A stretch of DNA of 49,217 nt, filler included, from Catajapyx aquilonaris (taxonomy: Eukaryota): assembly GCA_000934665.2 (NCBI GenBank). It is 2 parts of 2 records of this genome, joined end to end, with 100 filler letters (N's around TTAATTAATTAA, not from the genome) between each part and the next. Parts side by side here need not be neighbours in the genome. Positions count along the whole stretch, not along the records: positions 24,706 to 49,217 come from JYFJ02005497.1; 1 more part is not named here. The stretch is one strand, 5' to 3'. Under the pieces are notes generated by a model that was not told the origin of the DNA, made no database searches, and worked only from the letters and a program-made list of their open reading frames with translations. How positions within the stretch are numbered: position 1 is the first letter of the stretch; the number at the start of each line of letters is the position of its first letter. The position numbers and the translations under genes were made by a program. Below are positions 45,301-49,217 of the stretch, in pieces.

Positions 45301-48300
45301 CAACTGGTTCCTGGTAATGCATGATGTGGATTTTTGTTTGCACAGATGTAATGTTAGCACAGACAATTTCTGCCAGCTGTGATAACGGTCATTTGCGGCA
45401 GCCAGGAAGAGAGGGGCCATACTAATGCAGCAGCCTGTTGGTTCACGTTATACACATGGTTGCACTAGGTGTAACTCTTACTGGCCCATTACATTCCAAT
45501 CGTAACTGATGGAATTAAAGTCACTAATAAAATTCACCGGAATTATGCTGATTCTTGATGCTGATCTCCTTTCAGGTGTTAAATATAATCAAATGTGAAA
45601 ATGTGCCTTGAACTCGTCTTTTTAGGTAAGGCCCTCATGGAGAAAAGTCGCTACGACACTTCCCTGGGCCTTCTCACAAAACGTTTCGTGGAGCTGCTGC
45701 GCAGCTCCCCAAATGGAGTGGTGGATCTGAACAAGGCAGCCGAGAGGCTGAAGGTGCAGAAGCGGCGCATCTATGACATCACCAATGTGCTTGAAGGCAT
45801 TGGCCTTATTCAAAAGAAGCTGAAAAATATGATTCAATGGAAAGGGGGTCCTCTGCCAGGGGAGGAAGGAGGAGAGGAAGCACTGATGAAGCTGACGGAG
45901 CATCTTCAAGAACTGCAGGCAGAGGAAGATAACCTGGATGATCTCATAAGGACCACAGGTATGTGAATCAGAAGTTCTGAACCGAGAGCACGTGCTAACC
46001 AAATCCCCTATAAAACTATGATTGAAGAGAACAGTTGTAAAGTTCATTGCTATTACCAAGAACATGTCAGTGTCACTGAGATCTGATTAGGCATTTCGTG
46101 AACTTGTAATGTGGTGGGGATTGTGTACTATATCAGGCATTTGCTTTCCAGAGCTGGAGATAAAACAACTCTCGGAAAAAAATAAATACGCTTACATGAC
46201 CCACCACGACCTACGTTCCCTGCCTCAGTACAAGGGTCAGACACTCATGGTGATCAAAGCACCCCCTGAGGCCACACTGCAAGTGCCCAATCCTTCTGAG
46301 GTAAGGAGCCCGCTTGTCCAACCTGCATTCGTCCATGAGAATGACAAAATGGTACGCTACACACGTCAGAGGTTGATCGTAGGTAGTATTTGGTAACTCA
46401 AGAGCATGGTGGTTGCAGTGCAGCCTTTTGATGAAGATTGATGAATGCAGATTAGGAACGGTAGGGATGGAATAACCGGAATGATACTTTAACTTTCAAG
46501 TTGAAGAATTTTTACTGGAATGTGTGGGTTGAATTTACCAACATGTTGTTGACTACATTTAGTCATACTCGGAACTGGGGTGGTGCACTGTTCATATACG
46601 CATGGGTAGGGTCCCATGATGAGATGGTGACAATGATGACCCTGTACCGAGAGAGAGGGAGAATAAGACAGCCCCTTTCTGATAAAGGCAGTGCACCAAA
46701 TCGGTTATATTCATCATCATGCCGTTTCACCAGTCATAGCAACGATCTAAATGGAGCAAGCAAAAATTAACTTCTTTCACTCTTTCAGGGATACCAGCTG
46801 TACCTGAGCAGTAAGAAGGGGGAGATTGAAGTGTACCTGTGCCCAGAGGAGGGCAGCGTGGCTGAGGATAAGGGCAGTAGTGTCACTCCGGCTCCACACC
46901 CCTCCCCGATCTCCACTGCCATTACCTCCGCCCACCACCACACCCTGCATCCTCCCCGCGCACCCCATGTTCCAGTGGCTCCTTTCCCCTCCCCACGCAA
47001 ACAACACACACTTTCTCCAAGGTACACTTCCTCCCCAATCCGCCCTACTGCCTGGCGATCCCCCAGGAAGAGCAGGGACGAGGTGCTGGCCCACAGGGCT
47101 CTCATCAGTGAAACTGAAGACCTGGGGCCCATGGGAACACCTAAATTCCAGCTCCAGACAGAGGATCAGATCCAATCAGGTAATGTTTCATAAAGGTGAA
47201 CGTTAGATTCGTTTAGGTTATTACCAGTTGTGTCTTGGTGTAAGGGTTAAAACAGCATTGCACTATACTTTGCCTGTTGCGTGTATTGCTTATGTCATAG
47301 TTTGTGATACAAGGTGAATTTGTTATCTGTAAAGCAATATTTAATCATGTTCGGGAATCATTAAAAATGATTGTTTGCCAGTCAATCTTCCACCAAATTG
47401 TTGCAACAAATTTTCAGGTATTGTCATTGCCTAAGATGTGTGGACATGACCTTTTATGGAGGGGAAATGTCTCCAGAAACATGCTAAATACTAAGTAACC
47501 ACGCACTTTCTTGGCAAAGTGAGCTGGTAAACATTCACTTAATCCTTTGGACGTTGTTTGCATGAGAGACATACTTGTAAGCAGTGTTCAAAATGTTATT
47601 TATTTCTTAAGCAATTGGTTTATATTTTTTTGCCAAGGAAGTGATGGTGATATTGATGACTTGCGGAGGAGCCTCTTGTTGTCAGAGTGGTAGGAACTCC
47701 CACTGTGGTATGTGTAGAATTACTTAATCACATCACAGATGGAGCTCTTATCGTTCTGACAATCCCAGGTGGCAGCTTGACCAACGTGTCTCCTATTGCT
47801 TCAACTTCGAGGAAAGCATAGCAGTTTGTTCGCGCTGAATTACCTGGTTCATACAGTTTTATAATTGTAGCACCATGTGATTCAGCTTGGACCGGCTGAT
47901 CACTAAGCAACATGTTCCCGAAGAAGAGTCCTGGTAATATGAGCTGATCAGAGAAGATTTATTGATTTTCTAATTTGTACTGTGTGATAAAAGGGATTTA
48001 TTGTTTTCGTATTTTTTGTTTGCGCCATTGCTGCATTTTTTCATGCAATGTACACCCGCGAGCATAAAGATGGAGACTCCGGGCCCTCACCTTCGGCAGG
48101 CTGCTCTGCCAATCTCAGCTATTACGGTATCAAATATACTGTCATAAATACACGAACACACGCCTGAAGCAGCTAACTCCAAAAAGAGTTCATTAATTTG
48201 AGTCGGATAAAGAAAGGTCAGAAAAGGGCCTGTCGTCTCCATCTTTACGCTCGCAGGGGTACACTGCTGGACATATTAGCCGTCGCTGAATGTTTTTTTC

Positions 48301-49129
48301 CGGCGGCTGGGGCGGCGGCGTTACCTGGCAACCCTGTCCAGCGGGCCAGTTCAAACATCAGCCCATGGAGAGCGCTTCCATTGTTGCCACTGTTTACAAA
48401 TCGAGTGAGTGAGTGCGCAGGCAGAAGAGACCCGTCGCTGGGTCGTCCGCGTCACTCACTCGATTTGTAAACAGTGGCAACAATGGAAGCGCTCTCTATG
48501 GGCTGATGTTTGAGTTGGCCCGGCGGACAGGGTTGCCAGGTAACGCCGCCGCCGCAGCCACCGGAAAAAAAACATTCAGTGACGGCTAATATGTCCAGCA
48601 CTGTACAAGTTGATAAGAGGCTGGCATTGAAAACTACTTTCTCTCATTTTGTGACAAAAGTTTAGATCATCATTTATGAAGCTGCATATTCGTGAAATTC
48701 GTAAGGTTATTGGCGTAATTTTTTCTAATTGCCTGAAGTTTAATTGTAAACTCCGGCCAGGTTCTCTTTCATCCCAAATGGGTTACAACAGGTGGTGTTA
48801 TAAGTAGTTATTGAACTTGTCCATTATTGGAAAGTAAATATGTCTTTTGTGGCCCTGCTGTGATTTATCTGGAAAATTGTTCCCCATGAATCTAACCGAT
48901 GTTATAACCTGTCTGACATGTTAATGATTTTCATTCAACTCACTTGTCAGTGTTCATTATGCAATATTCTGGATCTAACGTCTTGTATCTCCCTCCTCTT
49001 GCAGAATTTCCACAGCTTGAAGCTGACGAGCCCCTGTTGACTCTGGAGGCCCCACTCTCGGAGACTGACTACTCATTCAGCCTCGATGAAAATGAAGGCC
49101 TAGTGGACCTGTTTGACTTCTCATTCTGA
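41961..49129 (+). CDS. E2F: Activator-class E2F transcription factor (E2F1/2/3-like), ~512 aa, six coding exons
   Basis: Exons 41961-42362, 45003-45141, 45626-45958, 46152-46300, 46789-47179, 49005-49129 join in frame (1539 nt including stop). HCF-binding DHEY; cyclin-binding [11 protein letters not shown]-binding [14 protein letters not shown]...[14 protein letters not shown]; dimerisation/marked box YAYMT..DL...IKAPPE...IEVYLCPEE; Rb-binding [17 protein letters not shown]. Confidence 0.95.
45003..45141 (+). CDS. E2F: E2F exon with cyclin-binding RxL motif
   Basis: cag|[13 protein letters not shown]...FKTPKARR...PTAK G|gtaaga. Confidence 0.9.
45626..45958 (+). CDS. E2F: E2F DNA-binding domain exon
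   Basis: tttttag|[21 protein letters not shown]...[26 protein letters not shown]...DDLIRTT|gtatgt, 333 nt. Confidence 0.96.
46152..46300 (+). CDS. E2F: E2F dimerisation / marked box exon
   Basis: ttccag|[21 protein letters not shown]...[17 protein letters not shown]|gtaagg. Confidence 0.93.
46789..47179 (+). CDS. E2F: E2F marked box end and Pro/Ser-rich region
   Basis: tttcag|[21 protein letters not shown]...[23 protein letters not shown]|gtaatg. Confidence 0.92.
48262..48603. mobile_element. Fold-back MITE in last E2F intron, TIR related to 8565-8726
   Basis: TA|CACTGCTGGACATATTAGCCGTC...GACGGCTAATATGTCCAGCACTG|TA; ~150-bp inverted arms. Confidence 0.9.
49005..49129 (+). CDS. E2F: E2F terminal exon, transactivation / Rb pocket-binding motif
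   Basis: ctcttgcag|[44 protein letters not shown]. Confidence 0.93.
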
Positions 49130-49217
49130 GCCAGCGGTTGCCTCCGATGTTATTTTATTTTTCGCAGACACAATATTATTATCACTATTTGGATTGACAC
49201 TTATCCAGAATCCCCCC

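Noticed and set aside
47638..47689. Extra E2F exon [17 protein letters not shown]
   Set aside because: Plausible acceptor, but nearby donors give phase 2; the flanking exons already join in frame.

Overview
Eukaryotic genomic window, probably from an arthropod or other invertebrate (judged from the SINE types). An artificial 100-nt join (44 N + TTAATTAATTAA + 44 N, 24606-24705) splits it, so the two sides may not be neighbours. Left of the join I could not identify any gene, only micro/minisatellites, MITEs, tRNA-derived SINEs and hairpins. Right of the join are two spliced genes transcribed away from each other. (1) Minus strand, ~25683-33262: a UBF/UBTF-like Pol I HMG-box factor that lacks a recognisable N-terminal dimerisation domain. 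Its HMG box 1 has been triplicated as a three-exon block with introns, and the copies differ mostly by amino-acid-changing substitutions while a shared intron is almost identical. Two diverged copies of a ~430-bp promoter/first-exon unit bracket the gene. (2) Plus strand, 41961-49129: an activator-class E2F (E2F1/2/3-like, ~512 aa, six coding exons) with an E2F-site-containing promoter near 36.8-37.0 kb. All gene models were built by eye from splice signals and remembered protein family motifs; no database search was run.
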